Part shown: positions 14,242-29,831 of the stretch, piece by piece
Numbering within the stretch: the first letter of the stretch is position 1
Layout of the letters: each line of letters begins with the position of its first letter
Assembly (NCBI GenBank): GCA_009914755.4
Contig: CP068257.2
Span: 42,016,001-42,080,000, forward strand
Length of the DNA: 64,000 nucleotides
Direction: 5' to 3'
Source: the human T2T-CHM13v2.0 reference genome, Homo sapiens
Translations under genes and position numbers: made by a program
Notes under the pieces: model-generated
Seen by the model: the letters and a program-made list of their open reading frames with translations, nothing else
Database searches by the model: none
What the model was told of the DNA's origin: nothing

Positions 14242-14577
14242 GTCAGTAAACCATTTGAGTTAGCATGTGGTAGCCTTAAAACTTAAAAGGTAGTAGAGTG
14301 TCAAGTTTTCTGAACTTGTAGAGTACCAATGAGAAGCTCGATACATCGTTACCTATAGAGAATTGAAATCCAGTAGAAGGCATAAAACAGTTAAGTATAT
14401 ATGACAGTTAACATTTTATCCTGATTTAAGTGATTGCTTTTTTCCTTGTAAAATGATTTCAGCCTTGCATTGATTGTTAGGCTGTGTAGGTTCTAGACGG
14501 AGTATTTTTGTTTCTCTTTGGGAAGTGGGACGTGTTGGCATACTGTCATTCACAGAAGCATGCGTTTGGTTCTTTAG

Positions 14578-14707
14578 CCGAATCAAGGTTTTCTTGGATG
14601 TCCTGATGAAGGAGGTCCTGTGTCCTGAGAGTCAGTCTCCTAATGGAGTGAGATTCCACTTCATTGATATTTACCTGGATGAACTCTCCAAAGTCGGGGG
14701 GAAGGAG
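14578..14707 (+). CDS. RRP1B: RRP1B coding exon 6
   Basis: Acceptor AG 14576-14577. Translates (S)RIKVFLDVLMKEVLCPESQSPNGVRFHFIDIYLDELSKVGGKE. Donor GAG|gtaagc (GT 14708-14709). 130 nt. Confidence 0.9.
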
Positions 14708-15282
14708 GTAAGCAGCTGCCGACAGGCTGCCCACGGGGTGAGGGGGCCGCCAGTGTTCGCAGTAGTCGCCAGTGAAGTGCTGTGGGGTGGCCCTTCGCAT
14801 GACCAGCGACTGTAGCAGCGTGAATTGCTTCAGTCCTGTCTGGGAATGTGTCCTAAGCAGCTGGTGGGATGGGATTTGTGCACTGAGGATGTACATGACA
14901 GTCTTACCTGTAAAACGGAATTGAAAGCAACCTACAGACTCCACTAAAGAACTCACTAACACGGGGGAGTACTCAGGATCTAGGGAGCTTTATAAAGCGC
15001 TAGGAAAAGCTATGCAAATGGTAGACATTTTTAAGGTATATACTCATAAATAGACAAAAGGCTGGAAAGGAAACATACATTTTTTAGTATGCAAATGATT
15101 CTCTGAATGTGGGAATGTGCACAGATTTTACTTTTCTTTCACAGGTGTTTTGCAGGGAACATGTATTTTTTTGATTAAAAGAAAATATGTTATATTCAAA
15201 ACAATAATTCTTTTGTCTCACACTTGGAGGCACTGTCCCTGTTACCCCTCTTGTAGAGGAAGTATATGTATGTCCTGTATCA

Positions 15283-15542
15283 GGTTTGTCCAGCCCGCAG
15301 CCTGAGAGCTGCATGGGGCCCAGGGCAGCTTTGAATGTGGCCCAACACAAATTTATAAACTTTCTTAAAATATGAGGGGTATTTTGCATTTTATTTTATT
15401 TTATTTTATTTTATTTTATTTTATTTTATTTTATTTTATTTTTAGCTCATCAGCTGTTGTTAGTGTTTGTGTATTTTAGGTGTGCCCCAAGACAGTTATT
15501 CTTCCATTATGGCTTGGGGAAGTCACAAGATTGGACACCCGT
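15283..15542. mobile_element. Second MER1-like hAT element with an internal (ATTTT)n expansion
   Basis: CAGGTTTGTCCAGCC...GGGCCCAGGGCAGCTTTGAATGTGGCCCAACACAAATTTATAAACTTTCTTAAAA...GGACACCCGTG. It has the same architecture as 10127..10332. Confidence 0.55.
15385..15443 (+). repeat. (ATTTT)n, about 11 copies
   Basis: GCATTTTATTTTATTTT... It lies inside the MER1-like element. Confidence 0.9.
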
Positions 15543-15815
15543 GTTGTATATGTTGGGCATATAGGATAGTGCAGGTCAGGCTGGGTGGCTTTCTCCAGCC
15601 ACTGCACTAAGATACCAAGTAGCTGGAGGGCGGCCTCAGTCTTCAGCCTGGCTCCAGGCTTCTGTGGCATTCCACAGGGGCGCTTTGGGGCTGTGTGAGA
15701 CAGGCATTGCTTGGTCTAACTCCACCTTTGTAAAAGATGGGAATGGTCCCTTTTTCAAGGACATGTCAAGAAGGGAAAGGCTCTTTCTCAATTTTTCCCT
15801 TTTTCTAAATTACAG

Positions 15816-15880
15816 CTTTTAGCAGATCAGAATCTCAAGTTTATCGATCCATTCTGCAAAATTGCTGCGAAGACGAAGGA
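15816..15880 (+). CDS. RRP1B: RRP1B coding exon 7
   Basis: Acceptor ttacag|CTT. Translates LLADQNLKFIDPFCKIAAKTK plus GA. Donor GA|gtaagt (GT 15881-15882). Confidence 0.9.
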
Positions 15881-16276
15881 GTAAGTGATTCCCCTGTTCG
15901 TTCCTCCTGCTCCGTGGCATTTGCTCATGGGAGTTACTTGCCGTCGTGCAGCCTGGCACAGGGTACCCAGGACACTGCTTCACAGCAGAGAGCGGCTGGA
16001 GAAGACAGCCGAAGCTTTGAGCAGTGATTTGGCTCTTCTAGCTTCAGTATTTGCCTCACTCATTCCAGGAATGCCCTCCCACACCCAAAGATCTGACCGC
16101 TGGGCGTCCCGTGCCTGTCGGGTGGCACTTAGGCAGTTCCTCTCAGATGCTTGCTGGCCCGTGGGGGCCACTCCAGACCACAGCAACGTGTGCAGGGCTT
16201 CCCTCTGTGCCCCTGAAGCCAGAAGGCCAGGCCGTTTGTTCTCATCACATGCTCTCCGCTGTGCTTCTACCCTCAG

Positions 16277-16458
16277 CCACACCCTGGTACAGACCATAGC
16301 TCGGGGTGTCTTCGAAGCTATCGTAGATCAGTCTCCTTTTGTGCCTGAAGAGACGATGGAGGAACAGAAGACAAAAGTGGGTGATGGTGACCTCTCTGCT
16401 GAGGAGATACCTGAAAATGAGGTATCCTTGAGAAGAGCTGTCAGTAAAAAGAAGACAG
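16277..16458 (+). CDS. RRP1B: RRP1B coding exon 8
   Basis: Acceptor ccctcag|CCAC. Translates (D)HTLVQTIARGVFEAIVDQSPFVPEETMEEQKTKVGDGDLSAEEIPENEVSLRRAVSKKKT plus G. Donor G|gtagga (GT 16459-16460). 182 nt. Confidence 0.9.
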
Positions 16459-17674
16459 GTAGGAGGATGTTCTTGGTCAGTGTAGCTTTCTTTCTGCTAA
16501 AATCCTCCTCAGACAAACAGTTTTTAATACATTTGTTGGCATCTTACTGAATGCAACCTAGAGTTGATGGCTCTGCCTCAGCCCCTCCCAAGAAAGGCAG
16601 CAGAGGTGGGTTCATTGTGCCTGGGGGGTGCCTAGCGGGGCTCTGGGGAGACCTGAGATCTGTCCCATGTGGCATACACACATTTCTGTACCTCTCAGGA
16701 TCTCAGGACTCTCCTCGAGGATTTTACCATTGTCACTGCTAGTGCTTTTTGTTTGCTTTGTTGTTTTTTGTTTGACACGCTAACACCTTAGCATGCATGG
16801 CCTCATTTCTACGGGTTACTCGAGGGACGTACGCTTGTTTCTGTGGCTGTCCTTTCTCAACTCATGGCTTCCTTCAGGGAATGTTTTTCTTTTTCTTGGG
16901 ATGTTTAAATGCCTACTGTGTACTGACATAATTCTTACTACTGTTTTGTGTCTGGACTTAATGTAGAATGTGCATTTGAAGTTGCAGGCCCATCCAAACT
17001 CTCACCACAGTGCTTTATGGCATCTGAATGCACAAAATAAGGGAAATGGTTAGATCACAGCTTACCCATGCTTTTGAAGTGTTGTATACCCATTTAAAAG
17101 CAAAGCTCCTAAAAACTAAGGACCAAAGGAAATGTGACAGACATATATATATATTTTTTAAAGCAGGGTACAAACTCTACATAGAAGGAGTCTGATTTGT
17201 TGTTTGGGTTTTCTTTAATTATTATGGCTATATAATAGTTGTGCATCTGATTTGTTTTTAAACGTTTATTTGTGCTTTTATTTTAAGTGAGAACATAAAA
17301 TGTTTGGTTTTCCATTCCTGAGTTACTTCACTTAGAATAATGGTCTCCAACTCTAGCCAGGTTGCTGTGGATACCATTATTTCATTCCTTTTTATGGCTG
17401 AGTAGTATTCACGGTGTATATTCCGCATTTTCTTTGTCCACTCATTGGTCAATGGGCATTCAGGCCGGTTCCATGTTTTTGCAGCTGTGGATTGTGCTGC
17501 TATAAACAAGCGTATGCAAGTGTCTTTTTCATATAGTGGCTTCTTTTCCTCTTGGTAGATACCCTGCAGTGGAACTGCTGGATCAAATGGTGGATCTACT
17601 TTTAGTTCTTTAAGGAATCTCCACACTGTTTTCCACAGTGGTTGTACTAGTTGACATTCCCACCAGCAGTGTAG

Positions 17675-18002
<328 letters not shown>

Positions 18003-18733
18003 ACCAACATCTATTATTCTTTGATTTTTTAAATTATGGCCATTCTTGCTGGAGTGAGGTGGTATCTGATTATGGTTTTCATTTGCATTTCCGTGTGTTT
18101 GTTGACCATTTGTATATCTTCTTTTGAGAACTGTCTGTTCATTTCCTTAGCCCACTTTTTGATGGGATTGTTTTTTTCTTGCTGATTTGTTTGAGTTCCT
18201 TGTAGATTCTGGATATTAGTCCTTTGTTGGCTGCATAATTGGCAAATCTTTTCTCCCATTTTGTTTGTTTATTCTGCTGATTATTTCTTTTGCTGTGCAG
18301 AAGCTTTTTAGTTTAATTAAGTCACAGCTGTTTCTGTTTTCATTGCATTCACTTTTAGGTTCTTGGTCATGAACTCTTTACCTAAGCCGACATCTGGAAG
18401 AGTTTTTCTAATGCTATCTTCTACAATTTGTATGGTTTCAGGTCTTATATTTAAGTCTTTAATCCATCTTGAGTTGGTTTTTCTATAAGGTGAGAGATGA
18501 GGATCCAGTTTCATTCTTCTTGACAATTACCCCAGCACCATTTTTGAATAGGGTGTCCTTTCCCCACTTCGTTTTTGTTTGCTTGGTTGAGGATCAGTTG
18601 AGTGTAAGTATTTGGGTTTATTTCTGGGTTCTCCTGTTCCATTGGTCTACATGCCTATTTTTATACCAGTACCAGTACCATGCCATTATGGTGACTATGG
18701 CTTTATAGTATAGTTTGAAATCGAGTGTTCTGA

Positions 18734-19168
<435 letters not shown>

Positions 19169-19802
19169 TGATTCCATATGAATTTTAGGATTGTTTTTTC
19201 TAGTTCTGTGAAGAATGATGATGGTATTTTTATGGGCATTGTGTTGAATCTGTAGATTGCTTTTGCCAGTATGGTCGTTTTCACAATATTGATTCTACCC
19301 ATCCGTGAGCATGGGATGTGCTTCTGTATTTCCATTTGTTTGTGTCATCAGTGACTTCTTTCAGCAGTGTTTTGTAGTTTTCCTTGTAGAGATCTTTCAC
19401 ATCCTTGGTTAGGTATATTCCTAAGGTTTTTGAGGTTTTGTTGTTTGTTTTGTTTTTTGTTGTCATTGTTGTTTTGGTAGGGGTTTTTTTGCAGCTGTTG
19501 TAGAAGGGAGTAAGTTCTTGATATGATTCTCAGCTTGGTCGTTGTTGGTGTATAGCCATCATACTGATTCATGTAAATTGGTTTTGTATCCTGAAACTTT
19601 GCTGAATTCATTTACCATTCTAGGAGCTTTTTGGGTGAGTGTTTAGGGTTTTCTAGGTATATGATTGTATCATCGGCAAACACGGACTTTGACTTCCTCT
19701 TTACCAGTTTGGATGCCGTTTATTTCTTTTCTGTGATTGCTCTGGCTAGGATTGTTCGTGCTTTTAAAAAATCTGGAAGGATAAACCAAAATGTTTTATT
19801 TA

Positions 19803-20390
<588 letters not shown>

Positions 20391-20491
20391 AAATGTTAGT
20401 ATAGTTAGCTGTAGGTGGCAGAATTATGGGTGATTTCTGTTTCCTTTGTACTTCTCTATTTCCTACAGTGATTATATATTATATTTAATCA

Positions 20492-20789
<298 letters not shown>

Positions 20790-20800
<11 letters not shown>

Positions 20801-20805
20801 TAAAC

Positions 20806-20848
<43 letters not shown>
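20790..20848 (+). repeat. (AAAT)3-4 followed by (AGAT)11, a tetranucleotide STR
   Basis: AATAAATAAATAAAC then AGATAGATAGAT... for 11 perfect AGAT units. Confidence 0.9.
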
Positions 20849-20881
20849 ATCAAGAACCTTTTTTTTCTTTTTAATTTTTAG

Positions 20882-21515
<634 letters not shown>

Positions 21516-21526
21516 AAGAAATAGTC

Positions 21527-21665
21527 TAGTCTAGGTGTGGAGACTCATGCCTATAATCCTAGTACTTTGGAAGGCCAAGATGGGAAGATCACTTGAGCCC
21601 AGGAGTTTGAGACCAGCTTGGGCAACATAATGAGACCCCCATCTCTAAAACAAAACGAAAAAAAG
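21527..21665 (+). mobile_element. Free left Alu monomer (FLAM-like)
   Basis: CTAGGTGTGGAGACTCATGCCTATAATCCTAGTACTTTGGAAGGCCAAGATGGGAAGATCACTTGAGCCCAGGAGTTTGAGACCAGCTTGGGCAACATAATGAGACCCCCATCTCTAAAACAAAAC. It is monomer length only. Confidence 0.75.
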
Positions 21666-22424
21666 AAATAGTCTGATTTTAAATTTGGTGTAGATAACAG
21701 AGTTGACTAAGGACCTGGAGCAAATTTTATGTGGTCATGGGAGTAGTCTCTGGGTCCCTCCGCTCCCCACATTTCTGTCGCCTAACCTGGACACAGACTC
21801 TCTTCCAAGTGCAGTTCCGGACGTTCCCTCCCAGTTGCGTTCATGAAACGTGTGCTGCGCCTGCCCCATCCTCCCCAGGCCTTGCCCTGATGTCGCACCA
21901 CTAATAAGCTTAGAGGGTTCCAGAAACAGTACACGTTTAAAATAATTTTGAGTTCTCCTGAGTCTGTTTAATCTGCTTCTTCATAGGCTGTAACACTCTG
22001 AATTTTTTAAGTGCTAAAAGTTGCATTAATATTGACTTGTGCTTCCTGAAGCATGCTCGTGAAAAGTGACTGTACTGCTGTGACAGGTTCTCACCAAGGT
22101 CCTAAACTGACCTGAGACTAGGGCCGGATTCCTGCGTCCATGCTCCTACCCCTGGTGGTCCAGGGCGATGCCGTGTCCCATCCGCTTGCCTGCGTCCCTG
22201 GACAGGAGCTTCCCATGCACCGCAGCCTTCGTCCTAACGGGACCACGTGTGGGGGAGGAAATCATCGAAGGCAGCAGGGAATTGGGGTTTTATGGGTACA
22301 AAAGGCAAAACATGTGCTTTTTCCCAGACTTACCTTCATTCCCATAGCCTGAACAATCAAAATGTCCTGGGAAATTATAAATGGCTTTGCAGAGTTTTTC
22401 TCCTTAAATAAATTTTCTTTCATT

Positions 22425-22738
<314 letters not shown>

Positions 22739-22822
22739 TAATTAGACAGTGGCTCCTGTGGAAGTAGTCACTTCTGTGTATTTGATATGTCAATAATTTG
22801 GTCTTTGGGTATATTTTGACAG

Positions 22823-22917
22823 CACTGGGCAAAAACCATTCCAGAAAAGATGGACTCAGTGATGAAAGAGGAAGAGATGACTGTGGAACCTTTGAGGACA
22901 CAGGGCCCCTTCTCCAG
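22823..22917 (+). CDS. RRP1B: RRP1B coding exon 9
   Basis: Acceptor ttttgacag|CACTG. Translates (A)LGKNHSRKDGLSDERGRDDCGTFEDTGPLLQ. Donor CAG|gtgggt (GT 22918-22919). Confidence 0.9.
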
Positions 22918-23255
22918 GTGGGTAGCAGTTGTTGCTTTTTATAGAATATAGATTTGCTGTGGAGTAGCCTGACTAGAGAATTAGGGTCACAGCTAGTTAA
23001 GCTATAAGGCCTGAAGCGTAAACTCCTTTTTAATCCCTTCAGTCACTAAATGTCACCTTCTGAAGAATAACCTTATTGGAGACAAGGAAATGTAAATATG
23101 ATGGAGTTTTGAAAGAGATAGTAGCACTTATTTTGAATGGCTAAGCTCTCCTCTGTTCTCTACCACAGAGCCAGCTCTAGTGGCACTTTTCAAATAAAAA
23201 AAAGTTTGCCAAGTACAGATTGCAAATCTAGATTAAATTTAAAATTTAATTACAA

Positions 23256-23584
<329 letters not shown>

Positions 23585-23619
23585 TTAAGAATTGCTTACC
23601 CAGCTTTTCCCAAGAATAA

Positions 23620-23913
<294 letters not shown>

Positions 23914-24096
23914 CTGAACATGCATTTTTCAAAGGTAGTGCTTGTGCTCCTGGTTGCCAAGTCCCAGCACAAGCTTGTTTAGCCTATCTGTTGCCAAATG
24001 CTTCAGTAAGGGTTTCTCTTACTAGCAGATGTAAATGGCCAAGTCAGGCAGTGTTGTTTGGCTGCAGACTTATGTTTAGTTTCTCTTCCTGCCTAG

Positions 24097-24194
24097 TTTG
24101 ACTATAAGGCTGTTGCTGATCGACTCCTGGAAATGACCAGCAGGAAGAACACGCCCCACTTCAACAGGAAGCGCCTCTCCAAACTCATCAAGAA
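24097..24194 (+). CDS. RRP1B: RRP1B coding exon 10
   Basis: Acceptor tgcctag|TTTGAC. Translates FDYKAVADRLLEMTSRKNTPHFNRKRLSKLIK plus AA. Donor AA|gtcagt (GT 24195-24196). Confidence 0.9.
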
Positions 24195-25313
24195 GTCAGT
24201 AACTGGGGAGAGGGTTCTGACATCATCATTCCTTTAGTTCTCATCTCCTGGTGTGGGACAAGCCATCTGCATGCTTATCTTTTTTCTTTCTTCTTTTTTT
24301 GTCCTTTAATGCTTTTGTGTATAGCAATGTAATAGACACATGTAAACTGAAAAGCTTAATGGAAACAGCAGTCCCACCCCTCAGGTTCCATTCTTCCAGT
24401 GCAGCCATACTCATCTCTTAGCTGCTTTAGAATGATGTGAAGTCTATTCATGTCTAAAATGAACCAACCAGAAACTGATGTGAATCTGCTATTTAGGTGT
24501 CTTCTGCTGGTGTGCTGCTGAGATAGATAGGGTTAATTCTTTACCTCTCCCCTCCCTCCCATATGGCTATGCCAAAAGTGTTAGTTAATTCAGCTGTCAG
24601 TGTTGATGTCACTCTGACCATAGTGACATGATGACCTGGAATTCATGGAGGGCCTCGTGTGGCTTGCTGTCATTGGTGACAACAACTGTCTGATCACACT
24701 CTAGGAGCCGGGCACTGCTCTGAGCACTTTGTATACATTCAAGTATTCCATGTTAAGCCCCCAGAAAGTAGCTCCTGTAGTTTTGCCCATTTCCCAGCTG
24801 GTTCTTAGGGCACAGGATGGTCCTAGCTTGCCTGAGGTCCCTGCCATCCAGTGTCTCCTCCCCCATGCACCTCCCCACACTGCGCTTCGATGCGTCTTGT
24901 TTGTTCTAATGCACAAAAATTGTGTGAAGCAAAACATGGCTTCGCCTTTCTCCACTGGAGAATTGAATATGAGAGAGATCTAAGCTATTTCTGCCTTCAG
25001 AAACAAAAATTGAATTTCTTAGTTTGATTTGGGTGTGCCAAGATGCATCTTTGGCCCGCCGTGTCCTTGCTGGTATTGATGGTAACCGAGGGCGGCACTG
25101 GCCTTGAGCTTTTTGGCTTTTGTATTGCACCACCCTTCCCTCACAGAATTTCCTGTCTAGCCTCCCCTCCTGGAGGAGAACGTGAATTAACAACTATTTA
25201 ACTATGGCTTGTATTTTAAAAATCAAATACATATGTCTACAGAAGACAGAAGGGATTTCTTTATGAACATTTGTTATTTTTTTATTTTTTATTTTTTATT
25301 TTTTTATTTTTAG

Positions 25314-25333
25314 ATTCCAAGACCTTTCTGAAG
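25314..25333 (+). CDS. RRP1B: RRP1B coding exon 11, a 20-nt microexon
   Basis: Acceptor ttttag|ATTCC follows a T-rich low-complexity tract. The exon is A TTC CAA GAC CTT TCT GAA G, giving (K)FQDLSE(G). Donor G|gtgagg (GT 25334-25335). It is required to keep exons 10 and 12 in frame. Confidence 0.85.
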
Positions 25334-25457
25334 GTGAGGCGCGCCAAGAATCATCATTCATGGTGTTTTTCGTGAATATGGACCCCACTGGGGGCGTTGA
25401 TGCCAAACGCTGAGAAACAAGATTGAAAGAACTTTACTGAAAACCTCTGATAAGAAA

Positions 25458-25668
<211 letters not shown>

Positions 25669-26347
25669 GAAAGACAGACCAGCCCTTACCTAGTCATACC
25701 GCAGTACAGCGTGGGAAGTGATGCAAGCCTAGGGCTCCCTGCAGCCTGCCCACCTTCCTATCCTGGGCTCTCCCTAACCACCAAAGCAAGAGGGCAGACT
25801 GCTCTCATGTGTGGGTACTGCGATGTTTTGGTTTGGTTTTTATTATTTTAACTAGATGGATTTTCAATGGCCTAGGAAGGTTTTAATTGGATACTCTATG
25901 AAGGTAAAAAATGTAATTTCTCAGGATCCCTTTCATTTGCTCTTATGGTCAATGGTCCCCCCGGGAAAGGCTGATGCTGTAAGCTTTGTTACATTTGGAC
26001 AAGTCAGTGAAGTTACCCCATACCCGTCATTCACTAGGGACACTTGGAATTGGGAAAGGCACCAGCAAGCTGGTTGGAATGCAGAGACTGCATTAGCCAA
26101 GCGTCCGGGGTCCAGCCATGGAGGGTGTCACCGAGGGCTTGTGATCCCTTGCCTTGCCTTGGTTGAGAAATCCACAAAGCTTTTTTAAGTCTGTAATTCC
26201 TGTGTCAGCAGCGCTCAGGTTTGGGTGGGAGAAACGGTGAGGAACGATGATGATGAGGCAGAAATTGGGAGGGGTGCTGCTCTTAGGCCCCTGGGGCAGA
26301 GTCTTGAGCGCCTGGGGAAGCTAACAGTGTGTCACTCTGGCATCTAG

Positions 26348-26479
26348 GAAGCAGTATATCTCAACTCAGTTTTGCGGAGGACATTTCTGCTGATGAAGAT
26401 GACCAAATCCTCAGTCAAGGAAAGCATAAGAAGAAAGGAAATAAACTTTTAGAGAAAACTAACTTGGAAAAGGAGAAAG
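26348..26479 (+). CDS. RRP1B: RRP1B coding exon 12
   Basis: Acceptor catctag|GAAGC. Translates (G)SSISQLSFAEDISADEDDQILSQGKHKKKGNKLLEKTNLEKEK plus G. Donor G|gtaagc (GT 26480-26481). Confidence 0.9.
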
Positions 26480-27059
26480 GTAAGCTGTAAAGCTAAAAAG
26501 AAGGGCACGACTCAGCCCTTGGGGAGCGGCATGCACCATGGAGGCCTCGGAGACTTGAGCTCGTGCCGTCATAAAGCATTAGCAGAGCCCAAAGCTTCAG
26601 TCTTTAATGGCTGAGAGGTAAAGGCGGTTTTCCAAGTGTTGTGCTGTTTTTGGTGGAGCCGCGTCCCCACCTCACCCCGCTCACGTCCGCCTGCTCTCCA
26701 GGGCACCTCTGCAGGGAAGCAGGAGCTGCAGGGAGCACTGGGGGGCGGCTGTTTGATGACCACTCGAGATCTATGGTTTTTACCCTTGAGCCCTAAAATT
26801 AGTGGAAATGGGACTATTTCAGTTCCATATGTGTTTATAAACGGACAGAAGGAAGGCTTCCAGTCACAGTTGGGGATGGAGGAAGTGGGACCAGACGACA
26901 AAGGTAGTGGGCGCACCAAGTACCTCAAGGGAGACAGGAACTTTCCTCGTGGTAGAATGTCAGGAAATTGCGTCCGCCAGTCATACTGTCTGAGAATCGC
27001 CAGCAGGACTCTGGCCCAGCTGGCACTGGGTGCTTGTTGATGGGTTTCTGTCTTTTTAG

Positions 27060-27784
27060 GAAGCAGAGTCTTTTGTGTAGAGGAAGAGGACAGTGAAAGC
27101 AGTCTTCAAAAGAGAAGAAGGAAGAAGAAGAAGAAGCACCACCTGCAGCCTGAAAATCCAGGCCCAGGGGGTGCAGCCCCGTCCCTGGAACAGAACCGGG
27201 GCAGGGAGCCCGAGGCCTCTGGGCTGAAAGCCCTGAAGGCACGTGTGGCCGAGCCAGGTGCAGAGGCCACGTCCAGCACTGGGGAGGAGAGTGGCTCCGA
27301 GCATCCTCCAGCCGTCCCCATGCACAATAAAAGGAAACGGCCACGGAAGAAGAGCCCGAGGGCCCACAGGGAAATGTTGGAATCAGCAGTGTTGCCCCCA
27401 GAGGACATGTCTCAGAGTGGCCCGAGTGGCAGTCATCCTCAGGGACCTAGAGGGTCCCCGACAGGTGGAGCCCAACTCCTAAAAAGGAAGCGGAAACTTG
27501 GAGTTGTGCCCGTCAATGGCAGTGGCCTGTCCACGCCGGCCTGGCCTCCATTGCAGCAGGAAGGCCCTCCCACAGGCCCCGCAGAGGGGGCGAACAGCCA
27601 CACCACGCTGCCCCAGCGCAGGAGGCTGCAGAAAAAGAAGGCAGGGCCCGGCAGCCTGGAGCTCTGTGGCCTGCCCAGCCAGAAAACAGCAAGTTTGAAA
27701 AAGAGGAAGAAAATGAGAGTGATGTCAAACTTGGTGGAGCACAACGGGGTGCTGGAGTCCGAAGCTGGGCAACCCCAGGCTCTG
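27060..27784 (+). CDS. RRP1B: RRP1B coding exon 13, a large 725-nt K/R/P/S-rich exon
   Basis: Acceptor tctttttag|GAAGC. Translates (G)SRVFCVEEEDSESSLQKRRRKKKKKHHLQPENPGPGG...KKRKKMRVMSNLVEHNGVLESEAGQPQAL. Donor CTG|gtaagg (GT 27785-27786). The ORF-track peptide 27245..27910 covers its 3' two thirds. Confidence 0.9.
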
Positions 27785-28328
27785 GTAAGGTGGGAGCACC
27801 CACAGGCCAGCTCGCCACAGAGGCACTCACTCGCGTCCATGGGGCTCCACTGCCTCCTGAGAGGAAGGGTGGGGGCTGGCGGCCAGGCCTCTGGACTCAG
27901 CAGCAGTTAGAATAGGGTGTGTTCATAACAGCCTTCACTAAGGAGGAAATCACAGGTGACCAGTACTTCGGTCCTCCTCATCGGCCACCTTCACTCCCTT
28001 AGGCCACATGCTTGGGTTCGGGAGGGCCCACTCCAAGCTGGGAAAGTTATCCCTTGGGCCAGGCACTCCTGCCCCAGGCGTGTTCAGGCCAGTCTAGGCC
28101 TCTGTCAAAGGCAGGTCTGGTTTTCTTCATCAGCGCATGGCCAGTCCAGGCCCCTTTGGCAAAAGAGGAAGCCCAAAATTCTCTTGCTTCACTCACCTTC
28201 TTTTCTATATTCTTTTCTTTTCTTAGCTTCCCCCCTACCCCCCAGCTCAAGAAACTTCACTAGCAGGACCACTTATCTTCTTAATGGAAAGACTTTCCTT
28301 CCACTTTGATTTCTAGAGCCAGATATAA

Positions 28329-28882
<554 letters not shown>

Positions 28883-29831
28883 TAAGTGGACATGTGTGGA
28901 CCTGGTGAAGCGCTGGTTTGGGGCTAAGAGTGTCTGCAAGTGGCTAGTGAGTGAGTTTATGGTCAGGAAAGCCTTACCCAGGGGCAGCAGTGCACTGAGC
29001 TGGACGGCAGGAGGCCCATTTCTAGCCTCGAGTCTCTCCTACCTCACAGTGCCGCCATCTCCTCCCTGGACTGCAGCCTGCCCCTCGTACCCTCAGCGCT
29101 GCTCCCTCACTAAGAGGGCCAGAGACATTGCCTTTCTTGCTGTCGTCTCAGGCCCCTGGCAGCCTATTGTAAAGAGGATGGGGTGTTGCTCAATAAGTCC
29201 CAGGGTCAAGGGAAGCTTTCCCCTGCCATCTGTCATGGCACAGGGAAGGCGCACAGGAGAAGCTCCTCGGGCTTCCCTGCCCTCCAGGCGGCACACTTGA
29301 ACCTGCCGGAGCCACCCGTGTGTCGGCAGCGGCACTGGGCTGCCCACACCTCTGAGAGCCAAGTACGAGACCCGGTCTCTCTCTGGGTGGCTGTCAGTTG
29401 CTGCACACGCAATGAGTGTCCTGGGCCTGCCTGTGAGGGACCCACAGCCCCACATGGGCATCACTGTCCTCCACACCAGACTGCCAGCGCAGTGACGATT
29501 CAGCTACAAATGGGAGAGTCGATCTTATTAACAGATCGGCTTTGAAAGGCCAAAATCCCCATTTTGAAGATGAAGATAAAAGTGGGTCCTTACTCTGACG
29601 AGGCGTTTTCATCGCCCCTCTTGGCATGGTGCCATGATAGCGGTCGTGTTGTGCGTGAAGCCTGAGCTCTGCCGAATGGAAGGGCTGTCTGCAAGTGCGG
29701 TGCGGAAGACCGCGGGCCGTCGGGTGGGCTGGATCTGCCTGGGGCTCTGCCTTCCCCTCCTGTGTGTGTGGGCAGCACAGGAGGCTCTGTCGTCTGACCC
29801 CTCCTCCGCTTCTCACCCCTCGCTCACGTAG

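Noticed and set aside
14546-14962. 138-aa minus-strand ORF overlapping RRP1B exon 6
   Set aside because: It is an antisense shadow of a real coding exon plus intron. No start context or splice signals.
15885-16550. 221-aa + ORF spanning RRP1B exon 8
   Set aside because: Only 16277..16458 is bounded by splice sites and continues the RRP1B frame. The upstream and downstream parts are intronic read-through.
26740-27000. Possible intronic C/D-box snoRNA in RRP1B intron 12 (TGATGA at about 26752, CTGA at about 26985)
   Set aside because: The box spacing of about 235 nt is far beyond C/D snoRNA size. No terminal stem or D'/C' boxes are evident. This is a chance motif.
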